A stretch of DNA of 56,666 nucleotides, from the NCBI GenBank assembly GCA_016194725.1, contig JACQAW010000342.1, positions 1 to 56,666 on the forward strand, read 5' to 3'. Shown here piece by piece: positions 17,757 through 27,098 of the stretch (the stretch's first letter is position 1; every line of letters starts with the position of its first letter). Position numbers and translations under genes: made by a program. Source of the stretch: Deltaproteobacteria bacterium. Lineage in GTDB: Bacteria > Bdellovibrionota > UBA1018 > UBA923. Under the pieces are notes generated by a model. The model saw nothing but the letters and a program-made list of their open reading frames with translations, was not told where the DNA came from and did no database searches.

Positions 17757-19359
17757 CCTGTTTCGGCTTTTCAGCCATATCATCCTTAAAGTCACCGCCC
17801 TGTACGTCGTCGTGTCGTTCGTGGGAATCCTGGCGCTCGACAAACTATTCGGCGGCTACGAGTTCTACCTGGGCATGCTGGTGTTCATCGGACCGTTGCT
17901 GGCCTGGGGTTTGACGTTCATGCTGGTGCCGAAAAATCTGGACTGGATTCTGGCCTTGCCCATCTCGAAACGCAACGTGCTGGCCTTGCACTACATGACC
18001 AGCGTGTTCGCCTCGGTGGTGATTTTCATGGCGTCGCTGGTGGTGCTGGTGATGCTGGTATTCATCAAGCGTGACGTGCACGTCATGGACCTGACCCACG
18101 TGCACCACGTAGCCGCCGCGGCGCCCACTCAGCTTTTGCGCGATCAGCTGGAGCCCATTCTGGCTGGTATCGATATTTACGGATGGATGACGGCGCTGCT
18201 GATGATTTCATTTTTTCACGCGCTGTCGATGAGCATCTCGCGGCCGGCCACGACCAAGCGATTTTACATCAACTTGTGGAACGCGGCCAATCCGCTCGTG
18301 CGCTGGAGCGTGCGCACGGGCTGGGTGGCGTTTATAGCGCTGGCGGCGGTGTTTCGCGAATATTTTCTTTCACCCTTCGGAATTTTCGTCATCGCCACGC
18401 TGCTTTTTCTTTTCATGACCACGGTGAACACGTCCAATGCGCTGGGTTTGGGAAAACGGCAGCGCAGCCGCTGGATTGCCGTGGCGGCCGGAGTTGCCGG
18501 CGTGCAGATCATCTTCCTTTTTTCGCATGCCATGAGCGGCGTGCGTTCGGAGTCGTTTGACCGGCGCGTGGCCAGCGTCATGTTCCTGGGCCCGTTCAGC
18601 GGCGGCATGGCCAAGGCCGACCTGGCCCACCTGCTCGAGGCGGGCATCAACAACGAGCGAGTCGAGGAGCTGGGCGAGCTTTATCGCAAGCGGTTCTGGC
18701 ACAAGATGAAAATCAAGGCCACGGCCGACTACGATCTGAACTTTCTGCGTGCCATCGAGTCCAAGAAGGCTTTTCAGGATGTGGTCAGCATCCTGCGGCT
18801 TTTCGACGCCAGTGATTTCAATGGCCGCGACATCAAAGCGGTGTTTGCCAAGCTGCAGCCGCTGATGAACGACTGCCGTTGCGAGTTCTACGGCTATGAC
18901 TTGCTTGCGGCGAAGTTTGACGTGGGGGATGCGCGCGAGCTGCTGGCTACCGGCCAGGAGGCGGCCGTGCAGTTTGTTTTGCTGTGGGCTCGCTATCATG
19001 CCAGCCGGAGTGACGTGGCGCTGGTGAGCGCGATTGAAAAAGGATTTACGGGTTACAGCGATCGGGCCAAGCTTTCGGCGCTGATGACCCTGTCGGTACT
19101 GCGCGGAGTGCACGTCACGTTCAACGAATGGCTTGGCGGGCGAAAGGGGCGCACAGTGTCTTCGGCCGTGGATTGCAGCACCTGGCAGCCCAAGCCCGTT
19201 GCCGAGCTTACCGCTGCTGACGCCCCGGCCTTGAATCAGTGCATTCGCCGCCGCGCCGAAACCGCTCAGGCCAGTGAAATCGAAGCAGCGGGCTGGATAG
19301 AGCCGCCTTTCGACATCAAAACCCGAGCCACGATCAGGAAGGTTTTTCGCATCAAATGA
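17749..19359 (+). CDS. Membrane protein: ~270-aa multi-TM (ABC-2-permease-like) N-half plus ~260-aa unknown soluble C-half
   Basis: The TTG start overlaps the ATPase stop by 8 nt. It has about 6 hydrophobic helices followed by a helical soluble domain that I do not recognise. Confidence 0.6.
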   Translation: MHSLFRLFSHIILKVTALYVVVSFVGILALDKLFGGYEFYLGMLVFIGPLLAWGLTFMLVPKNLDWILALPISKRNVLALHYMTSVFASVVIFMASLVVLVMLVFIKRDVHVMDLTHVHHVAAAAPTQLLRDQLEPILAGIDIYGWMTALLMISFFHALSMSISRPATTKRFYINLWNAANPLVRWSVRTGWVAFIALAAVFREYFLSPFGIFVIATLLFLFMTTVNTSNALGLGKRQRSRWIAVAAGVAGVQIIFLFSHAMSGVRSESFDRRVASVMFLGPFSGGMAKADLAHLLEAGINNERVEELGELYRKRFWHKMKIKATADYDLNFLRAIESKKAFQDVVSILRLFDASDFNGRDIKAVFAKLQPLMNDCRCEFYGYDLLAAKFDVGDARELLATGQEAAVQFVLLWARYHASRSDVALVSAIEKGFTGYSDRAKLSALMTLSVLRGVHVTFNEWLGGRKGRTVSSAVDCSTWQPKPVAELTAADAPALNQCIRRRAETAQASEIEAAGWIEPPFDIKTRATIRKVFRIK

Positions 19360-20003
19360 TTCTGCAAAACATCGTGGAGCGTCTCAAGGCTTACACCACC
19401 GCCGCCTCGAGCCTGGGATTGGACCTATATTTCCGGGTCGAGACCCGGGGTACGGTATCGGTTGAAACGCTGGGTACTCCAGCTGAGTTTTCGGACCGCT
19501 ACGCGCCGGTGGCGTGGTTTGGGCTGCCACCGATTTTAAGGCAGTTCAATATCGGCGCGAATGACGTTTTTGTCGATCTGGGTTGTGGCAAAGGGCGCGC
19601 GCTGTTCGTTGCGGCGCGGTTTCCTTTTGCGAGAGTTATCGGGGTTGAGCTGGCGGAGTCCCTTGCGGTTGCGGCGCGCAGAAACTGCGAAAGTTTTCTG
19701 CGGCGGCGCAATGTGCCGTGTCGGGAGATACAAATCGTGCACGTCGATGCCGCCGAGTTCGAAATTCCCGCCGATGCGACAGTGGTGTTTCTGTTCAATC
19801 CGTTTCGTGACGTTCCGCTGGACCGGGTTTTACAGAATCTGCGGGCCTCGGTTTTCATGAATCCGCGAACGCTGCGGATCATTTATCACGATCCTGTTTT
19901 TCATAAGAAGGTGCTGGCGGCATTGGCGGATCTGGTGAGCCGGGCCGTTGTTCGCGATGACTATGTGGTTTACGAGCTGCAGGGGCCGGAGACGACCCCG
20001 TGA
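19356..20003 (+). CDS. Class I SAM-dependent methyltransferase
   Basis: ATGA overlap with the upstream gene. Motif I VFVDLGCGKGRALF and post-I VIGVELAE. Confidence 0.7.
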   Translation: MILQNIVERLKAYTTAASSLGLDLYFRVETRGTVSVETLGTPAEFSDRYAPVAWFGLPPILRQFNIGANDVFVDLGCGKGRALFVAARFPFARVIGVELAESLAVAARRNCESFLRRRNVPCREIQIVHVDAAEFEIPADATVVFLFNPFRDVPLDRVLQNLRASVFMNPRTLRIIYHDPVFHKKVLAALADLVSRAVVRDDYVVYELQGPETTP

Positions 20004-20265
20004 CCTGTAATCGTGTACCGGTACCCGCGCCCGCACCAGAGCCCGTAACTGATCCGGTTGTGGGTACTGGCCACACTTTAATGGACTTTGGACTTCGATT
20101 TGAGCTCTTTGGCCTACGCCACTCGCTCACTGGCCAGTTTCGTTTTCTGTTTACCGAGTTGACAGCTAACTCATCGGATGACTAGTTTTCGGTAGTCAGC
20201 CCCCTGGAATCTCGTAGTTTTTGGCTGGTTCCAAGACCGGCATTCCGATTGCAAAGTAACATCCC

Positions 20266-20889
20266 ATGACTTTGCGGAACTTTGTCTTGGCCTTATCCCT
20301 GGTTTTTGGTCTGAGCCACGCGGCTTTGGCCAACAGCACTGATGATCCCTGTGCCGGTATCCGGCTGGGGTTTCATGAGTCGATTGCGGGACAGGGTTTT
20401 TTGGGAGTTCTGACTCCGAAAACCAGTGCGAATCTGGTGCGCCGGGCGCTTGAACGCAATATCGAGCTTGCCAAGCCCGGACCCCAAAACGAAATTTTTA
20501 CGAGCACTCCCGTCGCGTTTGACTGGGCGGCGGTTTGCAAGTTTGCCAAAGCCCGGAACCTCGGCGTTCTGTGGGTGGGCTGCCATGCGGATACCGAGGA
20601 AGATTCGGGCGAGTATTACGGCAGCCTGGCCACCTCGAAGGACAAGGTGGGGCTGATTAAAGCCGAATGCGTGGTTTCGACCTGGAACAGCTCCAAAAAA
20701 CCCAGCTGGTCCAAGCTGGTCGACACCGCTCTTTTTCATTCGGGCGGGGACCAGAAGACGATTTATCCCCGTGAATCCGAATCCGATGGCGACCGCTACG
20801 ACCAGCTGAAAAAAGAAGACGTCAGGCTTGAGTTGTATGTTCAGTCGCTCAACCACAGCGTCGAGCTTTTCAACTACGACCAGAGATAA
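20266..20889 (+). CDS. Hypothetical secreted protein
   Basis: Signal peptide MTLRNFVLALSLVFGLSHAALA. No family recognised. Confidence 0.5.
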   Translation: MTLRNFVLALSLVFGLSHAALANSTDDPCAGIRLGFHESIAGQGFLGVLTPKTSANLVRRALERNIELAKPGPQNEIFTSTPVAFDWAAVCKFAKARNLGVLWVGCHADTEEDSGEYYGSLATSKDKVGLIKAECVVSTWNSSKKPSWSKLVDTALFHSGGDQKTIYPRESESDGDRYDQLKKEDVRLELYVQSLNHSVELFNYDQR

Positions 20890-20991
20890 GTGCGCGGTAC
20901 TTAAAATAATAGCTTTTTTGTCAAGATTTCAATGGAACTAATCCCCGACTCCGGTTAGAAGGCCCCCGAGTAGCATTAAGGGGATTGGTTC

Positions 20992-22437
20992 ATGCGCTTC
21001 AAAACATGGCTAGGCATCGCGGCTCTGGCGTTGCTCGTTTCCGGATTTGAGCAGCCTGCCCGCGCTGAAACCACTGCGCAGTGGATTGCCGCCCAGACTC
21101 GCAAGTCCTGCGAAAGTCTTTTCACCAATATTTCGCCGCCGGGAACCGCGCGCGGAACGGTTGTGGCATCGCCTTCGAAAAAAGATCCCAACTATTTCTT
21201 CCACTGGATTCGCGATGCCGCGCTGACGATGAACGCGGTCATGGGCAGGTATGAAAGCGCACCCAAAGAAAGTGAGCGCGTCCAAGCTCGCGCCGCGATG
21301 TTGGAGTACGTTGACCTGTCGCGCGCCAATCAGCTTTACTCGTCGGTGCCAGGCGAGCCGAAGTTTGAAGTCGACGGTCATCCGTTCACGGGCCCGTGGG
21401 GCCGACCGCAGAATGATGGTCCCGCGCTGCGCGCAATCACGCTGGTGCGCCTGGCTGAGAAACTCATGGGCGAGGGGGCCGGTTCGTATGTCCGCGAACG
21501 CCTTTACGACGGCAAGCTGCCGTCGGATTCGGTGATCAAAACCGATCTGGAGTTCGTGGCCCACCACTGGCGTGAAGCTTCGATAGATCTCTGGGAAGAG
21601 GTCAGGGGACTGCATTTCTACACCCGTGCCGTACAGCGCCGCTCGTTGCTTGATGGCGCGCGCCTGGCTGAGCGGCTTGGCGACGGCGGCGCCGCGCGGT
21701 TTTACCTCGAGCAGGCCGCGCTGATCGAAGCCGAGCTGGCAAAGCATTGGGACGGCGGCCGGGGCTACGTGGTCGCGACTTTGGATTACGAGGGCGGCGA
21801 TCGCGGAAAAAATTCCAATCTCGACAGCGCCGTTGTTCTGGGAGTGCTGCACAGCACGGCCCCCGGTGACGCGTTCATGTCGCCCGCGCGCGATATCTAT
21901 CTGGCGACCGCCGAAAAAATTCGCCAGGCTTTTGAGCGCGAATATGCCGTCAACAGAAGGAAAGCTGATTTTGACGGTAATCGCATCGAGGCCGCGATTG
22001 GCCGCTACCCCGAGGATGTTTACGACGGCGTGAGCCTGGATAAGAAAGGCAACCCCTGGGTGCTGGCCACCAGTGCGTTTGCCGAGTACTGCTACCGGGT
22101 GGCGCTTGCGTGTTTCGAGCAGGGCTCAGTGCAAATCACCAAGCTGGGTTTACCCTTCTTGCAGGCCATGGTCCCAGGCGTGAGCTTGCATGCAGGCGAG
22201 ACGCTTCAGCGCTCTGATCCACGCTTTGCCGCTCTGCTGAGTGGCTTGCGCGAGTCGGGCGATTCCTTCTTGCGTCGTACCAAGCTGCATGGCAATCCCG
22301 ATGGCGCGCTGTCCGAGCAGATCAACCGCGACAATGGCTATATGCAAGGCGCCCACGACCTGACCTGGAGCTACGCCAGCTTCATTAGCGCAAGCCAGCA
22401 GCGCGAGCAGCTGATGAAGGCTGCCGGAAGTCCCTGA
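20992..22437 (+). CDS. Glucoamylase, glycoside hydrolase family 15 (catalytic domain only), secreted
   Basis: Signal peptide present. NYFFHWIRDAALTM, PWGRPQNDGPALRA and IDLWEEVRGLHFYT match the GH15 catalytic signatures. Confidence 0.85.
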   Translation: MRFKTWLGIAALALLVSGFEQPARAETTAQWIAAQTRKSCESLFTNISPPGTARGTVVASPSKKDPNYFFHWIRDAALTMNAVMGRYESAPKESERVQARAAMLEYVDLSRANQLYSSVPGEPKFEVDGHPFTGPWGRPQNDGPALRAITLVRLAEKLMGEGAGSYVRERLYDGKLPSDSVIKTDLEFVAHHWREASIDLWEEVRGLHFYTRAVQRRSLLDGARLAERLGDGGAARFYLEQAALIEAELAKHWDGGRGYVVATLDYEGGDRGKNSNLDSAVVLGVLHSTAPGDAFMSPARDIYLATAEKIRQAFEREYAVNRRKADFDGNRIEAAIGRYPEDVYDGVSLDKKGNPWVLATSAFAEYCYRVALACFEQGSVQITKLGLPFLQAMVPGVSLHAGETLQRSDPRFAALLSGLRESGDSFLRRTKLHGNPDGALSEQINRDNGYMQGAHDLTWSYASFISASQQREQLMKAAGSP

Positions 22438-23473
22438 ACCGATCAGCAGCCGCGAGTAGCTCACGAAGGACCCCGGGGTGCGCCATGCTCAAATGCCCGG
22501 CGTCAGAAACCAGGTGCAGCTCCAAACGAGGGGCCGCCGCCTTGAGGTCCCAGGCCGACACATGCGGGCAAATCATGTCGTAGCGCCCGGCCACGACGAC
22601 AATCGGAATGTCGCGCAGGCGATCGGCGTGCGCGAGCAGCTCATTGTTTTTGGGCGACAGAAAGCTGCCATGGGCCATGTAGTGCGCTTCGATGAGCGCG
22701 CGGCGCAGATATAAGTCATCGAGCTCGGCATTCGTGTGCTGCTCTGCTGGCTGCGGCAGCAGCGTGGCGGTGACGTCTTCATACAGCGTCCAGCGCCGAA
22801 CCGCTTCGCGCCGGATAATCGCGTCTTTGGAGTGGAGCCGCACGAGATACGCTTTCACCAGATCGCCGCGTTCACGCTTTGGAATGAAGTTCGCGAACTC
22901 AGCGAACGCATCGGGAAACACCATGCTCACGCCACCGGGTTTGTAGCTCCAGTCGAGCTCGCTTGGGCGGGAGAGAAACACGCCCCAGGTGATGATTTCG
23001 GTGACCCGCTCCGGGTAGGCTTCGGCATACGCCAGCGCGAGCGTGCTGCCCCACGAGCCGCCGAAGAGCTGCCATTTTTCCACGCCCAGGTGTTTGCGCA
23101 GAAGCTCCAGATGTTTGACCAGCTCCCAGGTGGTGTTTTCTTTCAGAAGGTCCGCGCTTTGGCTTTTTCCTGCACCGGCCTGGTCAAACAGGATGATTCG
23201 GTAAGCGGTCGGATCAAAAAACCTGCGCTGCTTGGGTTTGGTGCCCGAGCCCGGACCGCCATGCAGGAACACGACGGGTTTGCCCGCCGGATTGCCGGAC
23301 TCCTCGAAGTAGAGCGTGTGGTTTTCTGAAACCTTTAAAAAGCCCGTTCGATTGGGCATGGCGATGTCGGGGTAGAAGGGGTCGGGTGCGGCAGCGGGCT
23401 TTGGGACCGTGGAGCACGAAACAACCGCAATTGGAGCAAGGAGCGCAAGGGCGAGCAAGATGATTTTTGGCAT
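22385..23473 (-). CDS. pip: Prolyl aminopeptidase (proline iminopeptidase) with lipoprotein-type signal
   Basis: ORF 22385..23791. The ATG at 23473 gives MPKIILLALALLAPIAVVSCS. FLHGGPGSG, GGSWGSTLAL and the overall alpha/beta hydrolase pattern are typical of Pip. Confidence 0.8.
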   Translation of the reverse strand: MPKIILLALALLAPIAVVSCSTVPKPAAAPDPFYPDIAMPNRTGFLKVSENHTLYFEESGNPAGKPVVFLHGGPGSGTKPKQRRFFDPTAYRIILFDQAGAGKSQSADLLKENTTWELVKHLELLRKHLGVEKWQLFGGSWGSTLALAYAEAYPERVTEIITWGVFLSRPSELDWSYKPGGVSMVFPDAFAEFANFIPKRERGDLVKAYLVRLHSKDAIIRREAVRRWTLYEDVTATLLPQPAEQHTNAELDDLYLRRALIEAHYMAHGSFLSPKNNELLAHADRLRDIPIVVVAGRYDMICPHVSAWDLKAAAPRLELHLVSDAGHLSMAHPGVLRELLAAADRFRDFRQPSSAARAAGLR

Positions 23474-23531
23474 GCGGCCATCATAACAACGCCGGCTCAA
23501 ATTGAAACCGCATTCACCCGATAAGTAGGCC

Positions 23532-24983
23532 ATGGCTGGCGATCGCAATTTACACAAGCTCTTGAACACAATCGTGAATTCCTTTGTCGAGCTTTGCGCC
23601 TGTGATGGTGGTTCGATTTTTACGCTGCGCAAAGGACTGGACGGCAAGGACGTGCTGGTTTTTGAAAACATGGTCACTCGCAGCATCAAGATCGAAGAGG
23701 TGCCGGAACACCTCGTAAATCTTAGATTTACCTTGGACGAGGATACCCTGGTGAGCCGTACGGCAAAAACTCGCCTGCCCCAGCGTGCCAACTTTAACCC
23801 GGCAGCCGGTGCCGAGGCCAGGGTTGACCACGTTTTGAACTATGCAACCTACAATATGATGTCGGCGCCGCTGATTACGCCGCGCGGGGACCTGGTAGGC
23901 GTGGTTCAGCTCGTGAACAAGCTGCCTTATCCTTCGCGCCCGTCGGCGGGCACCACGCCCGACTTCGATCAGCGCGACGAGCGCATGTTCAACATCGTGG
24001 CCGCGCAAGCTGCGCTGGCTATCGAGAACAGCCTGCTGCTCGAAGAGCAGGAACGGCTGCTGGACGGCTTCGTGAACGCATGCGTGACCGCCATCGAAGA
24101 ACGCGATCCAGTGACGTCGGGCCATTCCACGCGCGTTTCGGACTACACGGTTGCGTTGGGCGACGCCATTTCGCGCACCGAAACCGGTCCCCTCAAAGGC
24201 GTGTATTTCACGCCCACGCAGCTGCGCGAGATTCGCTATGCGGCCATGCTGCATGACATCGGAAAAATTTCGGTCAAAGAAGACGTCCTCAATAAGGAAA
24301 AGAAACTGCACGGCTGGCAGCTCGAGGTGATTCGCATGCGCCTGAAGCTGATGCGCTCGAATCTCAAACTTCGCCAGCAGGCTACGAAAGAAGACCTGAC
24401 CGAAATTAGCCGCAAGCTCGACAACGCCTGGAAAATGATCACCGACGCCAATGAGCCCAACGTGCTTCCGGCGGCCGTGAACAGCGCGCTGCAAGACCTG
24501 AGCAGCATCGAGGTCGAGATCGAAGACGGCGAGGTGCTCACCGCGCTGACCAAGGAAGAAGGCTTCAAGCTTTCGATTCAAAAAGGTTCGCTGACCACCG
24601 ATGAGCGCCTGGAAATCGAACGGCACGTGACCAATACGTTTCAGATTCTGAAAATGGTGCCCTGGAGCCGGGGCTTGGAGCTGGTGCCCGAGATCGCTTA
24701 TCGCCACCATGAAAAGCTGGATGGCACGGGCTACCCGTGCAAATGCCCGGCGGCCGACATTCCCGTGCAGAGCCGCCTGCTCACCATTACCGATATCTAT
24801 GACGCCCTGACGGCCGACGACCGCCCCTACAAACGCGCCATGCCGACTGAACGCGCGCTGGATATCTTAGGCATGGAAGTAAAACACGGAAAGCTCGATT
24901 CCGATTGTTTCAAGGTTTTCGTCGAAGCGCGGATCTTTGAAGTCTGCCAGAAGCATAAAAAAGCGCATCTCAAAGCGGCCTAA
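23532..24983 (+). CDS. GAF domain - HD-GYP domain protein (putative c-di-GMP phosphodiesterase)
   Basis: N-terminal GAF-like region. HD-GYP features are HSTRVSDY, AAMLHDIGK and HHEKLDGTGYP. An insert of about 90 aa follows the HDIGK helix. Confidence 0.8.
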   Translation: MAGDRNLHKLLNTIVNSFVELCACDGGSIFTLRKGLDGKDVLVFENMVTRSIKIEEVPEHLVNLRFTLDEDTLVSRTAKTRLPQRANFNPAAGAEARVDHVLNYATYNMMSAPLITPRGDLVGVVQLVNKLPYPSRPSAGTTPDFDQRDERMFNIVAAQAALAIENSLLLEEQERLLDGFVNACVTAIEERDPVTSGHSTRVSDYTVALGDAISRTETGPLKGVYFTPTQLREIRYAAMLHDIGKISVKEDVLNKEKKLHGWQLEVIRMRLKLMRSNLKLRQQATKEDLTEISRKLDNAWKMITDANEPNVLPAAVNSALQDLSSIEVEIEDGEVLTALTKEEGFKLSIQKGSLTTDERLEIERHVTNTFQILKMVPWSRGLELVPEIAYRHHEKLDGTGYPCKCPAADIPVQSRLLTITDIYDALTADDRPYKRAMPTERALDILGMEVKHGKLDSDCFKVFVEARIFEVCQKHKKAHLKAA

Positions 24984-25924
24984 ATTCGGGTCAGGAAATG
25001 CCAGAGCGCGTAGTCCAGCCAGCGGCGAGTACCCAGCGGTGTTTTAAGGGCCGATAAATAGCCCATGTGCCCGCCCGACTCTTCGACGTGCAGGTGCACG
25101 CTCGGGGATAGCGGGGCCATCAGGTAGTCGCGGTAGTCGATGAACGGGTCGTCTTTGGCCGTGAGCAGCACCGTGGGCGTTTGAATCTCATTGAGAACGC
25201 CCAGGGTGGAGCAGGTGGCGTAGTAGTGGTCGCGGTCGCGAAATCCGCTGGCCGGCGCCGTATACAGCGCATCGAAGTCGCGAATGGTGGCCAGCCGGGG
25301 CACGCGTTTTCTTGCGGCGGGATTTGCGATCTGCGCGCGGCAGTCGTGCACGAAGCGCAGGTCGTAGATGCGATTTAACCCGGTCTTGAGCGCAAGCGAG
25401 GTTTTTTCGAGCGCAATGGGCGCATTGACCGCAATGGCAGCGTTGGGTTTGGTCGTGCCTCGGCGGCCACTGAGCAAAAGGAGCAGCGCGTTTCCGCTGA
25501 GTGAAAACCCGATTGCCACGTGTTTTTTTCGGGGATGAAGCTTGCGTCCGAACTGCAGCGCCGCCGAAAGGTCTTCGGCCCGGCCCGAATGGTAAGGCTC
25601 GTGCGCCAGCCCGTAACCCAGGCCGGCGCCGCGATGGTTGACGAGAAAAACGCTGTAGCCAAGCCGGGCGCACACGGCCGCCGTGCGGCCCATATAGCTG
25701 GCATCGGTGTCGCCGCTCAGGCCATGAAAAACATAAACGACGGTGTTGCCCGCGCCTTCATGATAAACCGCGACCAGGCTATCGCCGCCCGTCAGCGGAA
25801 TGGTGAGCTGTTTTCCGGACGCAGCAAACGCGGGCGAGGGCAGCAGATGTCCCATGATGGTCTGCGCGTGCCCGCTTCGGGCCCAGGAAGGAGGAATGCA
25901 GGGAATGAGGTCGTGGCTCGGCAT
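24980..25924 (-). CDS. Alpha/beta hydrolase (YheT/ABHD-like)
   Basis: VFHGLSGDTDASY, NHRGAG and nucleophile elbow GFSLSGN. Confidence 0.7.
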   Translation of the reverse strand: MPSHDLIPCIPPSWARSGHAQTIMGHLLPSPAFAASGKQLTIPLTGGDSLVAVYHEGAGNTVVYVFHGLSGDTDASYMGRTAAVCARLGYSVFLVNHRGAGLGYGLAHEPYHSGRAEDLSAALQFGRKLHPRKKHVAIGFSLSGNALLLLLSGRRGTTKPNAAIAVNAPIALEKTSLALKTGLNRIYDLRFVHDCRAQIANPAARKRVPRLATIRDFDALYTAPASGFRDRDHYYATCSTLGVLNEIQTPTVLLTAKDDPFIDYRDYLMAPLSPSVHLHVEESGGHMGYLSALKTPLGTRRWLDYALWHFLTRI

Positions 25925-25927
25925 GCC

Positions 25928-26668
25928 CTAGGGAGTGTACTGCACGCCAAGGTACATTGTAAAACCGGGCTCGTCACCCGAGGGAGTGCGCAGCGTATGG
26001 CCGGCGGATAGCAGCAACTTGAACCGCTTCGAAAAGGTGACGCGCGCGCCTACACGGGCTTCCAGCTCGTCCTCATGAAAATCAACCCGCGCCAGGCCAT
26101 GCAGCTCGCCCATGATTTCGACGCGGCTCGAAACCTGGTATCCCAGCGCAAAGGCATAGAGCAGCTGCGGCAGCTGTCCTGAGATAAAATTTATTCCAGC
26201 TTCGCCCATGACCTCAAAGCCTTTGATGTTTTTAAATACCTCAACGGGCAGCAGCAGCTGCACCGGGGCTTTGGTATTACCGTCGGCGGGCGCAACAGGG
26301 CTATTGAACCTAAACTGCGGATAGATCGAAACGGCGATGCCCGTTTTTTCCTCGTCCACGAAGCGCCATTTGACACCCACCTTGCTATAGCCCACACCGT
26401 ATCGGATGGCTTCGCCAAGTACGCGAATCAGGTCGCCCTCGCTTTCAAACTTGAGCTGAATGCGTTCGCCCAGGCCGTAGTTGAAATCCAGCGCGGGCAG
26501 GCCATAGGTTTGGCGCGAGTGGGTGATTTCGGTGGTCAGCGCGCCATTGATTTCCCACTTGCCGTCGCCGGGCGTGCCCGGGTCGTCGATCGCAAGCGGC
26601 GGGCCGCCCTGCGCGAAAGCGCTGGCGGAAAGTAGGGTGGCTGAAATGCTGGCAATAAACCCCTGCAT
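25928..26668 (-). CDS. Outer-membrane channel of the MetA-pathway/phenol-degradation-like family
   Basis: Signal peptide present. IDDPGTPGDGKWEIN near the N-terminus and alternating beta-strand periodicity. Confidence 0.45.
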   Translation of the reverse strand: MQGFIASISATLLSASAFAQGGPPLAIDDPGTPGDGKWEINGALTTEITHSRQTYGLPALDFNYGLGERIQLKFESEGDLIRVLGEAIRYGVGYSKVGVKWRFVDEEKTGIAVSIYPQFRFNSPVAPADGNTKAPVQLLLPVEVFKNIKGFEVMGEAGINFISGQLPQLLYAFALGYQVSSRVEIMGELHGLARVDFHEDELEARVGARVTFSKRFKLLLSAGHTLRTPSGDEPGFTMYLGVQYTP

Positions 26669-26722
26669 GGCAGGCAGCTCATACCCTAAATCCTGCTTGA
26701 ATGCTGGCGAACTTTGGGCGCT

Positions 26723-27013
26723 TTATGCGCGTGCGGCAGCGGTGCTGCGCCCAGAGCTCTTGCGCGTGGTTTTTTTGCCTGAAGTTTTGCGGCTATAGCC
26801 CGCGGCGGCGGCGGCAGCCGTGGTGAATTCGGCAAGATAGGCCTCGGCCCGGCGGGTAAAGGCCGCTCTCTGCCTGCTGGCATCGGCCTTGGCGTCTTTG
26901 AAAGCTTTGGTCGCGGCCTTGGTGGTTTTACGCACTTCAGACGTGGCTTTCTTTTTGAGCGTTTTGGCGAACTTCTCAAACCGGGCCGTGTACTTGTTCG
27001 TGAATTTGGACAT
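26723..27013 (-). CDS. Small Lys/Ala-rich basic protein (histone-H1-like or phasin-like composition), hypothetical
   Basis: A strong AGGAGG SD lies 7 nt upstream of the ATG. The 96-aa product is highly basic and low in complexity. Confidence 0.5.
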   Translation of the reverse strand: MSKFTNKYTARFEKFAKTLKKKATSEVRKTTKAATKAFKDAKADASRQRAAFTRRAEAYLAEFTTAAAAAAGYSRKTSGKKTTRKSSGRSTAAARA

Positions 27014-27098
27014 AAATAAATCCTCCTAGCGTATCGCTCTTAACGTTATACGTGGGCGACAAGACCTAGTTCAAGTATTAACTAGTACTTATTAGTAT

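Noticed and set aside
26686-26979. An alternative 97-aa frame (Pro/Arg/Lys-rich) overlapping the small basic protein gene.
   Set aside because: The frame at 26723..27013 has a strong AGGAGG SD and a less extreme composition. The alternative frame has no start context.
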